In this document: positions 17,533-26,347 of the stretch, piece after piece
Layout: each line of letters opens with the position of its first letter
How positions within the stretch are numbered: position 1 is the first letter of the stretch
NCBI GenBank assembly: GCA_963836235.1
Contig: CAWIIP010000002.1
Location: forward strand, 544,001 to 608,000
Direction: 5' to 3'
Length of the DNA: 64,000 nt
Source: an uncultured Pseudomonadota bacterium
GTDB lineage: Bacteria > Oederibacteriota > Muellerivitia > Muellerivitales > Muellerivitaceae
Translations under genes and position numbers: made by a program
The notes under the pieces: model-generated
Told to the model about the DNA's origin: nothing
The model's database searches: none
What the model saw: the letters and a program-made list of their open reading frames with translations, nothing else

Positions 17533-18848
17533 AATTTCCCCTCCATCCATTCCCCGACCATCCGGCGGATAGGAACTTTGAGATAATCATCCGAAAGTCG
17601 GTCCACCATTTCCCCCGCGAAAGCGTTCACCAGTGTGCGCTTAGCTTCTTCCCGGCTGATGCCCCGGGATTGGAAATAAAAAAGGGCTTCTTGGTCCAAC
17701 TGGCCTGTGGCTGATCCATGGGAACACTTCACGTCATCCGCGTAAATCCGCAATTGGGGTTTGGAATAAATCTTGGCTTCCCCGGAAAGTTCCAGGTTCT
17801 TGTTGGATTGCCTGGCGTCGGTTTTCTGCGCGTTTTCCCGCACCAAAACCTGGCCGTCGAAAATGGCGGTACCGGTTTTGTCCGCAACCGCCTTGAAAAC
17901 CTGTTCACTTTTGCAGGAGGGGGCAAGATGATCCACAAAGGTGTGGATATCCAGGTTTTGCTTACCGGTAGAAAGGGTCAAGCCTTCCAGCAAGCATTCG
18001 GCTTTCTTCTCAGCCAAAACCGTTTCCACTTCGCTTCGTCCCAGCGCCCCACCCAGTGAGAAAACACGGGATACCAGGCGGCTGCCCTCATTTTGCTGGG
18101 TGGCGAGTACACCGATATGGTAGGCCAAATCACTTTCTTGCTGAATTTTGGTGTGTTCCAGAAAAGCGCCTTGGGCTAGGGAAACTTTCGTGATGGCATT
18201 GGTGAAATAGGGGTTCAAATTATTTCCCCAGTAATGCTCAATGACCTTTGCCTGGCTGTCCTCTTCCATGAGGATAAGATTTCGAATATGGGATTGGGTC
18301 GGCTTGCCCGAATTGCTGGAAAGGTAGACGACATGCAAGGGCTTTAGGAGATTCTTTCCCCGGGTAACATGAAGGAAAAGGCCATCCGTGAAATAAGCAT
18401 AGTTCAAGGCGACAAAAGGGCGGTTTTCGGGAGATAGAATATGCCCGAAGTATCGCTTCAAAGGGCCATCGGACAGGCTTTCGATGAGGCTTCGAAGCTT
18501 AACCCCCAAGGTCGGTTCAGTGAGATGAGAAAGGGTTCTAGAAAAATGGCCGTTCACGAAAACCATCAAGTCGGCTTTATCGATGTCGAATCCCAGGGAT
18601 TTGAGCTCGGCGACTACCGCTTCCTTCGAAGGTTTGTCAGCCGTCAGGTCGAAGGGAATCCGGTAAAAGGAATCCAGCGGCGCGTATTTCCAAGTCTCAT
18701 CCGTTGAATCGGGGAAACCCTTCTTGTCAAACAAGGCCAAGGCTTGTTTCCGGGTTTCTTGGATCCAAAAAGGGTCCTTCGTAAGCGCTGTTTTTTCCCA
18801 ATCAGAAAAAATTTCCAGGTATGAGTTTTTTACCTCGGCGGCGTTCAT
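17529..18848 (-). CDS. sufD: Fe-S cluster assembly protein SufD
   Basis: 'ETWKY', 'AQKTDARQ', 'KPQLRIYADDVKCSHGSATG'; operon position. Confidence 0.94.
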   Translation of the reverse strand: MNAAEVKNSYLEIFSDWEKTALTKDPFWIQETRKQALALFDKKGFPDSTDETWKYAPLDSFYRIPFDLTADKPSKEAVVAELKSLGFDIDKADLMVFVNGHFSRTLSHLTEPTLGVKLRSLIESLSDGPLKRYFGHILSPENRPFVALNYAYFTDGLFLHVTRGKNLLKPLHVVYLSSNSGKPTQSHIRNLILMEEDSQAKVIEHYWGNNLNPYFTNAITKVSLAQGAFLEHTKIQQESDLAYHIGVLATQQNEGSRLVSRVFSLGGALGRSEVETVLAEKKAECLLEGLTLSTGKQNLDIHTFVDHLAPSCKSEQVFKAVADKTGTAIFDGQVLVRENAQKTDARQSNKNLELSGEAKIYSKPQLRIYADDVKCSHGSATGQLDQEALFYFQSRGISREEAKRTLVNAFAGEMVDRLSDDYLKVPIRRMVGEWMEGKL

Positions 18849-19612
18849 CGGATAGTTGCTTCTTTCTTTTCGATACCGGTTATCCAGCCATAACCCTTTT
18901 CTTCCAGTTCCAGAGCCAGTTCTTTACCGCCTGATTTCACGATGCGGCCTTGGGCCAGAACATGGACTTTATCCGGAACGATATAATCCAAAAGGCGTTG
19001 ATAATGGGTTACTAAAAGAAAGGAACGGTCCTTGCTCTTCAGGGCGTTGACCCCGTCAGCGACCACCTTCAAGGCGTCGATATCCAGCCCCGAATCCGTC
19101 TCATCCAGGATCGCTAGCTTGGGTTCCAAGACTGCCATCTGGAGAATCTCGTTTTTTTTCTTTTCCCCGCCCGAAAATCCCTCATTGACCGCGCGTTGAA
19201 GCATGGTCTCGTCCATCTTGAGGGGTTTTAATGTGGCCTTAACCAATTCGAGGAAGTCCACCGCGTCTAGTTCTTCTTGTCCTTTAGATTTACGAATGGC
19301 GTTTAAAGCCGCTTTCAAAAAATAGGTGTTGTTCACTCCAGGAATTTCCACAGGGTATTGGAAAGCCAAGAATATCCCTGCCCGAGCCCTTTCCTCCGGT
19401 GATAAGACAAGCAGGTCTTTACCCTCAAAAAGGACTTCCCCACCTGTAATTTGGTAACCCTCCCGGCCCGCCAAAACATGGGCCAGTGTGCTTTTACCCG
19501 AACCGTTGGGTCCCATAATGGCATGTACTTCGCCGGGCTTGATTGTCAGGCTGATCCCTCGCAGAATTTCCTTTTCTTCGACTCTCGCTTGTAGGTTTTT
19601 GATTTCCAGCAT
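18845..19612 (-). CDS. sufC: Fe-S cluster assembly ATPase SufC
   Basis: Walker A GPNGSGKST, 'FQYPVEIPGV', 'NEGFSGGEKK', 'LDETDSGLDID'. Confidence 0.97.
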   Translation of the reverse strand: MLEIKNLQARVEEKEILRGISLTIKPGEVHAIMGPNGSGKSTLAHVLAGREGYQITGGEVLFEGKDLLVLSPEERARAGIFLAFQYPVEIPGVNNTYFLKAALNAIRKSKGQEELDAVDFLELVKATLKPLKMDETMLQRAVNEGFSGGEKKKNEILQMAVLEPKLAILDETDSGLDIDALKVVADGVNALKSKDRSFLLVTHYQRLLDYIVPDKVHVLAQGRIVKSGGKELALELEEKGYGWITGIEKKEATIR

Positions 19613-19668
19613 TTTCAATCCTTTTTTTATCCGAGTTCATTTGGGTCATTTATGGCTGCTTCACCCCT

Positions 19669-21114
19669 TTATCCCACGCTTCCTTCTAAGCTGACTCCCA
19701 AAAGCTTCTGCGCTTCCACCGCGAATTCCATGGGCAGTTTGCGAAAAACTTCCTTGCAGAAACCGTTCACGATCAAATTGACGGCATCCTCGTTGGAAAG
19801 ACCCCTCTGGCGACAGTAATAAACCTGGTCTTCGCTGATCTTGGAAGTAGATGCTTCATGGCCTACCTTAGAACTGTTGTTTTTCACCTCAATATAGGGC
19901 ACCGTATGGGCCCCGCACTTGTCCCCCATGAGAAGGGAGTCACACTGAGTGTAGTTTTGAGCGTTTTCAGCCGCCGGCTGTATACGCACAAGGCCTCGGT
20001 AGGTGTTCTGCCCGTGGCCCGCCGAAATCCCTTTGGAAATGATGGTGCTTTTGGTGTTTTTTCCCACATGGATCATTTTGGTTCCGGTGTCGGCCTGCTG
20101 GTAATTGTTGGCGACCGCCACAGAGTAAAATTCACCGACGGAATTGTCTCCTTGCAGAATACAACTGGGATATTTCCAAGTAATGGCCGAACCCGTTTCA
20201 ACTTGGGTCCAGGAAATTTTGGAGTTCACGCCCCGGCAGGCACCCCGCTTGGTGACAAAGTTATAGACCCCGCCCTTGCCTTGCTTGTCGCCCGGATACC
20301 AGTTTTGCACGGTGGAATACTTGATCTCGGCGTCATCCAGCGCGATCAGCTCCACTACCGCCGCGTGTAACTGGTTTTCATCCCGCATGGGAGCCGTACA
20401 ACCTTCCAGGTAGGAAACATAGGAGCCCGCATCGGCGATCAAAAGAGTGCGCTCGAATTGTCCGGTCTTAGCCGCGTTGATGCGGAAATAAGTGGAAAGT
20501 TCCATGGGGCACCGAACGCCCTTGGGCACGTAACAGAAGGACCCGTCGGTAAAAACCGCGCTGTTTAAGGCCGCGAAAAAATTGTCGTTATAAGGTACTA
20601 CCGAGCCCAGATACTTCTGGATCAGCTCGGGATGTTCCTGCACGGCTTCGGAAAAAGAGCAAAAAATAATGCCCATCTCGCCAAGTTTTTTCTTGAAAGT
20701 CGTTCCTACCGAAACGCTGTCCATGACCGCGTCAACTGCCACGCCAGCCAAAACTTCCCTTTCCTGCAATGGAACACCCAGCTTGTCGAACATCTTCAAT
20801 ATTTCCGGGTCAACCTCGTTGAGGCTCTTGGGTCCCTGCTTGGGAGCCGAATAATAAATGATGTCCTGGTAGTTAATAGCCGGATAATGGACGCTTTGCC
20901 AATCGGGCTCCTTCATTTTGGTCCAATGGCGGTAGCACTTCAGGCGCCATTCCAAAAGGAAAGGTGGTTCATTTTTCTTTTTCGAAATAAAGCGGATGAT
21001 GTCTTCGTTTAATCCGGGCGGGGCCGAATCCGCCTCGATATCGGTCGTGAACCCGTATTTATATTCTTCCTGGGTGACTTTTTCGACCGGTTGTTCCTGC
21101 ATTTTAGGTTTCAT
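19669..21114 (-). CDS. sufB: Fe-S cluster assembly protein SufB
   Basis: 'YKYGF', 'GQFERTL', 'YLEGCTAP', '[12 protein letters not shown]', 'LPMEFAVEA'. Start uncertain (21126, 21114 or 21102). Confidence 0.97.
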   Translation of the reverse strand: MKPKMQEQPVEKVTQEEYKYGFTTDIEADSAPPGLNEDIIRFISKKKNEPPFLLEWRLKCYRHWTKMKEPDWQSVHYPAINYQDIIYYSAPKQGPKSLNEVDPEILKMFDKLGVPLQEREVLAGVAVDAVMDSVSVGTTFKKKLGEMGIIFCSFSEAVQEHPELIQKYLGSVVPYNDNFFAALNSAVFTDGSFCYVPKGVRCPMELSTYFRINAAKTGQFERTLLIADAGSYVSYLEGCTAPMRDENQLHAAVVELIALDDAEIKYSTVQNWYPGDKQGKGGVYNFVTKRGACRGVNSKISWTQVETGSAITWKYPSCILQGDNSVGEFYSVAVANNYQQADTGTKMIHVGKNTKSTIISKGISAGHGQNTYRGLVRIQPAAENAQNYTQCDSLLMGDKCGAHTVPYIEVKNNSSKVGHEASTSKISEDQVYYCRQRGLSNEDAVNLIVNGFCKEVFRKLPMEFAVEAQKLLGVSLEGSVG

Positions 21115-21122
21115 GTTTTCTC

Positions 21123-21626
21123 TCAAGCTTTCTGGTTTTCAACGGCGCCACGGGCTATAGGGGCTAAGGTTGGTGATGTTTTTTGGCTGATCCATTTTTC
21201 CATTTCCGGTTCGGTTACGATCAAATCGGAGAGCTTGCATTTCTTCAGGTAGCTGGTCATAGCGAAGGAAAGGCCAGTCCAAAGAGAGCGGAGGGAACAA
21301 TCCATTGTATGAATACAAGTCTCATGTTCACCCGAGGGCGAAGAACAATATTCCTCACGGGAAAAAAACTTTCCTCCCAGGACCTCCAAGACTTCATTCA
21401 CGTTGATCTCTTGGGGCAGCCTGGAAAGCTGATAGCCGCCGCTTTGGCCTCGAAGACTTTGAACCAAGCCGCCCTTACGGAGGATACCCATGATTTTGGC
21501 CACGTAAGCGGGAGTGAGATCCTCTTTTTGAGACAATTCGAGGATGGTTGTTGTGCCTTTATGGCCCTTTTTAGCCATTTGCAACATGCAACGCAGTCCA
21601 TATTCCTCGGTGGACGAGAACTTCAT
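21123..21626 (-). CDS. Rrf2/IscR-family transcriptional regulator heading the suf operon
   Basis: 'EYGLRCM', wHTH '[16 protein letters not shown]', three Cys (EYC..ETC..DC) as in Fe-S-binding Rrf2 proteins. Confidence 0.92.
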   Translation of the reverse strand: MKFSSTEEYGLRCMLQMAKKGHKGTTTILELSQKEDLTPAYVAKIMGILRKGGLVQSLRGQSGGYQLSRLPQEINVNEVLEVLGGKFFSREEYCSSPSGEHETCIHTMDCSLRSLWTGLSFAMTSYLKKCKLSDLIVTEPEMEKWISQKTSPTLAPIARGAVENQKA

Positions 21627-21680
21627 TTTGAAATCTCCTTAGAATTCACGCCAAAATTCAACAATGTCACTTTGCGCAAT

Positions 21681-21698
21681 CTTGACAAGAAAGTCAAG
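21681..21698. promoter_or_regulatory. Palindromic candidate Rrf2 operator of the suf operon
   Basis: Perfect inverted repeat CTTGAC-AAGAAA-GTCAAG 55 nt upstream of the Rrf2 start; contains a -35-like TTGACT on the minus strand. Confidence 0.65.
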
Positions 21699-21778
21699 TA
21701 TAGGCAGAAAGCCCTTCAAATCAAGCTTTTTTGATTTTTATTGGTATTTAAATGATAATCGGGGGACTGCAACGACCT

Positions 21779-21967
21779 TTAGAAGGGCCAATGTTTGGAG
21801 AAATTCTGAAAAAGTTCCTTAATGGAGGGGAGAAAATTAAGGACGAGCAAATCCCATAAAAATTTCAGGATAAAAAGAACCTGCTGTGGATAACAAAGAG
21901 TGATGACCAAAAGAACAGCGAAAAAAATGGAAAACACCCACTTTCCGCTACCTCCGGAGGCAATCAT
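21779..21967 (-). CDS. Small hypothetical membrane protein (62 aa)
   Basis: One TM plus an amphipathic helix; ATGA overlap with the gluconokinase stop suggests translational coupling. Confidence 0.55.
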   Translation of the reverse strand: MIASGGSGKWVFSIFFAVLLVITLCYPQQVLFILKFLWDLLVLNFLPSIKELFQNFSKHWPF

Positions 21968-22452
21968 GGTGTTCCTTTCAAATCTTCAACCAATTGCTTC
22001 ACGATACTATCGAGATCTTTTCGAATATCGACAAGAAGAACGTTTGGAGGTTCTTCTAAAGCCGAAAACTGGCTTTCTAACAAGTCCGGCCCGGCAAAAT
22101 GATCTCTTCGACTTTCAAGTCTTTGTCGAACGACTTCTTTGTCCCCTTTCAAGTAAACCCATTGGACTGAAAGTTCCTCTGACAATTGATTTCGGTATTT
22201 TTGTTTCAAAGCGGAACAGGCCAAAATCACGCAGGGACTTTCTGCCGCCCATTTTTTCATCGCGATTTGAAGCGTTTGAAGCCAGTCCATCCGGTCCGCA
22301 TCCGTCAAAGGAACCCCACGTCCCATCTTCTCCTTGTTGGCTTGTGAATGATAGTCATCCCCATCGTAAAAAGCACAATCCAAGGCCTGGGCTAACTTCC
22401 GGCCAATGGTTGTTTTCCCGGATCCCGCGACTCCCATCAGAATTACGATCAT
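21964..22452 (-). CDS. gntK: Gluconokinase (GntK/IdnK type)
   Basis: 'MGVAGSGKTT', 'DGDDYH..N.EKM..G.PLTDADR', 'ACSALK', 'LESQF..LEEP'. Confidence 0.93.
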   Translation of the reverse strand: MIVILMGVAGSGKTTIGRKLAQALDCAFYDGDDYHSQANKEKMGRGVPLTDADRMDWLQTLQIAMKKWAAESPCVILACSALKQKYRNQLSEELSVQWVYLKGDKEVVRQRLESRRDHFAGPDLLESQFSALEEPPNVLLVDIRKDLDSIVKQLVEDLKGTP

Positions 22453-23213
22453 GGCTGGACAGGCACAACTTTAAGGTAATATTCGATCGTCTTCAGCGGC
22501 CTTTCAATCGTACGCTCCAGATAGTCCAAGACGGCAAGAAAAAGTTCTCTCAAAAAAGCCGGGCGCAGTTTCAATATGTGAACTTTTTCCATGGATAGAT
22601 TCATTAGTTTTTTCATGACTTCCAATGCCGCCGGTGAAACTTTTAACCGGGATGGTCCCGAAGGACAGCAATTTTCGCACAAAGCTCCGCCCCGATGCGG
22701 AATGAGATGAACTTGTTTTCTTTCCAGGGATGATTCGCACTCGGCGCAACAGGACAGCTCCATCGGGTAACCGGAGAGTTTAAGGAATTTAATTCCAAAG
22801 GCTGTTAAATAGAGTTCCGGAGAAGCCGACTTTTCCCCCAGCGCCGCCAAAGTCTCTTTAAGCAAGGAGTAAATCTCCGGGTGCGGTTCCGTGTCGTGAA
22901 TGGCTTGGATGAGGATATCCGCCAACAACTGCAAAGCCGTGATACCGGGTAGATCTTTTTTTAACTCCGCATAACCATTCAAGAGCTTCGCCTGACCCAG
23001 AACGTAAAGTTCCCCCGATAGCCTTTTATGGAGTGAAAAACTGGATTCGGTGAACAGCTCCAGTATGGAGGCCAATTTGCTTTTGGGCTTGCGCACTCCC
23101 TTAACAATGGCCCGCACGCGCCCCAATTGAACCGTATAAACCTGGGCGATCTTATCGGCCTCAGCGTAAGGATGGGCGGAAAGAACAAAACCACGGGCGG
23201 AGATGGACTGCAC
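22449..23213 (-). CDS. recO: DNA repair protein RecO
   Basis: 'YAEADKI', 'KGVRKPKSKL', 4-Cys Zn finger (CAEC...CENC). Confidence 0.93.
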   Translation of the reverse strand: MQSISARGFVLSAHPYAEADKIAQVYTVQLGRVRAIVKGVRKPKSKLASILELFTESSFSLHKRLSGELYVLGQAKLLNGYAELKKDLPGITALQLLADILIQAIHDTEPHPEIYSLLKETLAALGEKSASPELYLTAFGIKFLKLSGYPMELSCCAECESSLERKQVHLIPHRGGALCENCCPSGPSRLKVSPAALEVMKKLMNLSMEKVHILKLRPAFLRELFLAVLDYLERTIERPLKTIEYYLKVVPVQP

Positions 23214-23215
23214 GC

Positions 23216-24175
23216 TTACATTTCCTCTTCCGAAAGGTAGGCAACCGATAGGGCAGGCATATAGTTCATCAATAAAACCACCAAGCCAATGCCCACAACG
23301 AGGTCCGCGAGGTCAAACAAGATTCCAATATAGGGAAGGTGCCCCATCAGCCCCAGGAAAAAACGCAGGACAAAACTCATGACGACGTAAACCAGAAAGG
23401 CAACGGTGAGACCAATGCCGATTCGCCACCGGTTTTCCCGGAAATTACGGCCGGCCTTCCACATAGAATCCCATGCGATTCTCGAGGCCCCCGACAAACC
23501 GGACCAAGCGTCCTTCGTTCGAGTGATCTCCGCCTTCCAAAGAAAGATATAGGCTCCAAAAGCGATTAAAAGCAGGACGGCCATAATGGCAACTGGGATT
23601 CCCACGATCGATAACAAAATCCCCATGACAATGGAATGGGTAAAAAGAATTCCCATCACAAATGCTCCAACAAAAATCGCGATTATAGCGGTTACGAAAA
23701 AAAACAAAGAAACGATGCATAGTAACGTTTGTAAAAAAAGAATGGGGAGTAGAAATTTCGCGCCGTTTTTAAAAAATTCCCTCAAAGAAAACTTCTCGTC
23801 GTTTCGAAAACTTTCCCAAAAAACCTTGTAAACACCCCCATCGGATAGCGCCGACAAAAGGCTCCACCAAAGCAGATAAAGGGTGACAACCCCTAGGAAA
23901 ATGAGAATCCAATTGGCATTGATAAAATAAGCGGCCGCGTCGGCACCCACCGAGGTCCAGTCAAAATTCTTGGGGTCCTTAAAACCCTCTGCCATCTGGG
24001 ACCAATCCTTTTCCAGAAAAGGTCCCACCAGGAGAAATAGGCAAAAAAACAAAGTAACGTATTGAAGAAGGACAAAGCCAAGTTGAACTAAGAAAAGCGG
24101 CCAAAGAGAGAAACAAGTCCTCCAAGCCGAGCTAAAGCAATCGGAATGGGGCGGATAGATTTTTTCTTTCGCCAC
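23216..24175 (-). CDS. Hypothetical multi-pass membrane protein
   Basis: About 6 hydrophobic segments; tightly packed between yajQ and recO. Confidence 0.75.
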   Translation of the reverse strand: MAKEKIYPPHSDCFSSAWRTCFSLWPLFLVQLGFVLLQYVTLFFCLFLLVGPFLEKDWSQMAEGFKDPKNFDWTSVGADAAAYFINANWILIFLGVVTLYLLWWSLLSALSDGGVYKVFWESFRNDEKFSLREFFKNGAKFLLPILFLQTLLCIVSLFFFVTAIIAIFVGAFVMGILFTHSIVMGILLSIVGIPVAIMAVLLLIAFGAYIFLWKAEITRTKDAWSGLSGASRIAWDSMWKAGRNFRENRWRIGIGLTVAFLVYVVMSFVLRFFLGLMGHLPYIGILFDLADLVVGIGLVVLLMNYMPALSVAYLSEEEM

Positions 24176-24189
24176 TAAAACTCCAGGAA

Positions 24190-24690
24190 TTACCGGTAAT
24201 TATTGAACTGAAGAGCTACCTTAATATCGGATGCGGACCTTAGCAACTGCATGGCGGCCTGGAGATCGTCCTTAGCCTTGCCCGAAATCCGGACCTTCTC
24301 ATCCACGATCGAAGCTTGAACTTTGAGTTTGGAATCCTTGATGCGCCGAACGATGTCTTTACAGTCTTCCATGGGCATTCCGCTAATAATCTTAACTTTT
24401 TGGTTCACCGTACCGCTAAAGGCCGCATCGGCCTTTTGAAAATCCAAGGCCTTGGGGGATATATTGCGTTTGATGAATTTCCCTTTGAGAACGTCCACCA
24501 CAGCCCGAAGCCGGTTTTCATCGTCCGATACAATTTCCAATTCCTTAGTGGTTTTATTGAGCGTGACCTTGCTGATACTTCCCTTGAAATCATAGCGCTG
24601 GGAAATTTCCTTCATGGACTGGTTGACCGCGTTATCCACTTCCTGCAAGTCCACTTCTGAAACCACGTCAAACGAATAGGTATCCGCCAT
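24190..24690 (-). CDS. yajQ: YajQ-family nucleotide/c-di-GMP-binding protein
   Basis: 'SFDVVSEVDLQEVDNAVNQ..KEI..RYDFKG', 'KLKVQASI', 'KDDLQ', 'LQFNNYR'. Confidence 0.95.
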   Translation of the reverse strand: MADTYSFDVVSEVDLQEVDNAVNQSMKEISQRYDFKGSISKVTLNKTTKELEIVSDDENRLRAVVDVLKGKFIKRNISPKALDFQKADAAFSGTVNQKVKIISGMPMEDCKDIVRRIKDSKLKVQASIVDEKVRISGKAKDDLQAAMQLLRSASDIKVALQFNNYR

Positions 24691-24734
24691 AAATGGCCTC
24701 CTTCGACTCTAAAGGATGAGTTTTGAATTTTAAT

Positions 24735-25622
24735 TTATGTTCCACTATCCGCGTCATCTGAGCCACCGGGTCCAGGAGGCAATTGGATTTCAACCACCTG
24801 CCCAATGGTCCCCAATACTCCGAAGGGCTTACCGTTGAATTGAACTTGTACCCCTCCGGCGTTACCCAGTTTGAGTTTGAAACTTTTGAGGGCTTTATAA
24901 GTTTTGGTTTCACCTTGATCCAGATCGACTTCCGAGCTGGTTTGGCCATCGTCCATCGTGACCAAAACCCAGGACTTATCCAGTCCCTTCAAAATAAGAT
25001 GCTGATATTTGTCTCCCACCACGATGGGCTGGTAAGCTTGAGTCTCCTCTGTTGACGTTGGGGATTTGGGGCTTCCCCATTTCATTTTGGATACTTTCCG
25101 TGCCCCATAGAACACTAAAGCCCCTAAAAACACCGCCACTAATAGACCCAAAAAGATACGACCAACCCATGCCCCCCACCTTCCACGCCGCAAGGCAAAA
25201 GCCCTTTGGCGCATCACGGAAGGTTCATGCTGAATAGGCTCAGCGTATCCTTCGTCCAGCATCTCCAGATTGAGCGGGTTTTCTTCAGCGTCTTGACGAC
25301 GGAAAACAGGGGGACGATCCAGAGTCGGGCGCCATCCCAGGTTTTTTTCCAATTCCGCTTCGGCGTTCTTGGGTTCGATGCGAACTTCCACCGGTTGGAT
25401 TTCGGCATTGAACTGGCGGGTCAAAACCATGGGGTCAACCCCCACGATTTTGGCATAGGCACGGATGAACCCTTTGGCGTAGGTATGCGAGGGAAATATG
25501 TCGAATCGGTTCTCCTCAAGAGCTTCCAAATATTTCACTGGAATTTTGGTGCGCTGGGAAATAATTTCCAAGGTGATTTTCCGGGATAGTCGGGCGGCTT
25601 TCAGTTCCGATCCAATGTTCAT
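24735..25622 (-). CDS. rodZ: RodZ-like protein (HTH, TM, DUF4115)
   Basis: 'IGSELKAAR', 'YAKGFIRAYAK', single TM, 'KLGNAGGVQVQFNG'. Confidence 0.88.
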   Translation of the reverse strand: MNIGSELKAARLSRKITLEIISQRTKIPVKYLEALEENRFDIFPSHTYAKGFIRAYAKIVGVDPMVLTRQFNAEIQPVEVRIEPKNAEAELEKNLGWRPTLDRPPVFRRQDAEENPLNLEMLDEGYAEPIQHEPSVMRQRAFALRRGRWGAWVGRIFLGLLVAVFLGALVFYGARKVSKMKWGSPKSPTSTEETQAYQPIVVGDKYQHLILKGLDKSWVLVTMDDGQTSSEVDLDQGETKTYKALKSFKLKLGNAGGVQVQFNGKPFGVLGTIGQVVEIQLPPGPGGSDDADSGT

Positions 25623-26347
25623 TAAAAAACCGCTCCTTCCACCACTTGAGCGCTCTTGGGCGGGGTGAACTGGAACAGGCTATCCTTTAATCCCCCGTTA
25701 AAGGAAATATTTGAAAAATCGGCTTTCGTCGTCATTGCCGGCGTCTCGACTTCCATCCGGTAGGGCCACCAGTCTTTCTTATGGATATAGACCCTCATCT
25801 TGTCGAACCCGGCATCTTGGACCAGGGGTATAAAAAGCAGGCCGACTTGGCTGTCTGAGTTCTCAATGATGGAAACCCGGCTGATGCCGATATATTTCTT
25901 TAGTTCCTTTCCCACTCCTAGGTAAATCGGCGCGTTAGCGCTTTGGCCTTTGCCGCTGTGCTGTTGATAAACCATCTTCTGGGCCGGTTGGTACATTTGT
26001 ACTAGGTCCCCATCCGAGTAAAGGTATTGTTCGGAAGGCTGGGTGTAATGGACATAAATCATATCCGGGGACTTAATTTTCACCTTGCCCGTTAACTTTT
26101 GTTGGGTACCCGAAAGAGAATCCTTCATTTCCATTTTGAGGTCCATTTGAACATCCTGGATGGCCGACTGGGCCTGCTCGACGTTCTTGGAAACCTGGTC
26201 GACCGACAAGTCTTTTGTTGAATCCGCCCAAAGCGTGGATGAGCCTATCAAAAAAATCATCGCAGCCAGAACGGTTTTACCGCCAGCAGCTAACTGACAG
26301 CCGCGAACTATATTTTTAGTCCTGTTTTTCATCCAGAGTTTCCTCAT
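25622..26347 (-). CDS. lolA: LolA-family outer-membrane lipoprotein carrier protein
   Basis: Signal peptide, 'HYTQPSEQYLYSDG...YQP', C-terminal 'LFQFTPPK'; canonical position after ftsK. Start uncertain. Confidence 0.82.
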   Translation of the reverse strand: MRKLWMKNRTKNIVRGCQLAAGGKTVLAAMIFLIGSSTLWADSTKDLSVDQVSKNVEQAQSAIQDVQMDLKMEMKDSLSGTQQKLTGKVKIKSPDMIYVHYTQPSEQYLYSDGDLVQMYQPAQKMVYQQHSGKGQSANAPIYLGVGKELKKYIGISRVSIIENSDSQVGLLFIPLVQDAGFDKMRVYIHKKDWWPYRMEVETPAMTTKADFSNISFNGGLKDSLFQFTPPKSAQVVEGAVF

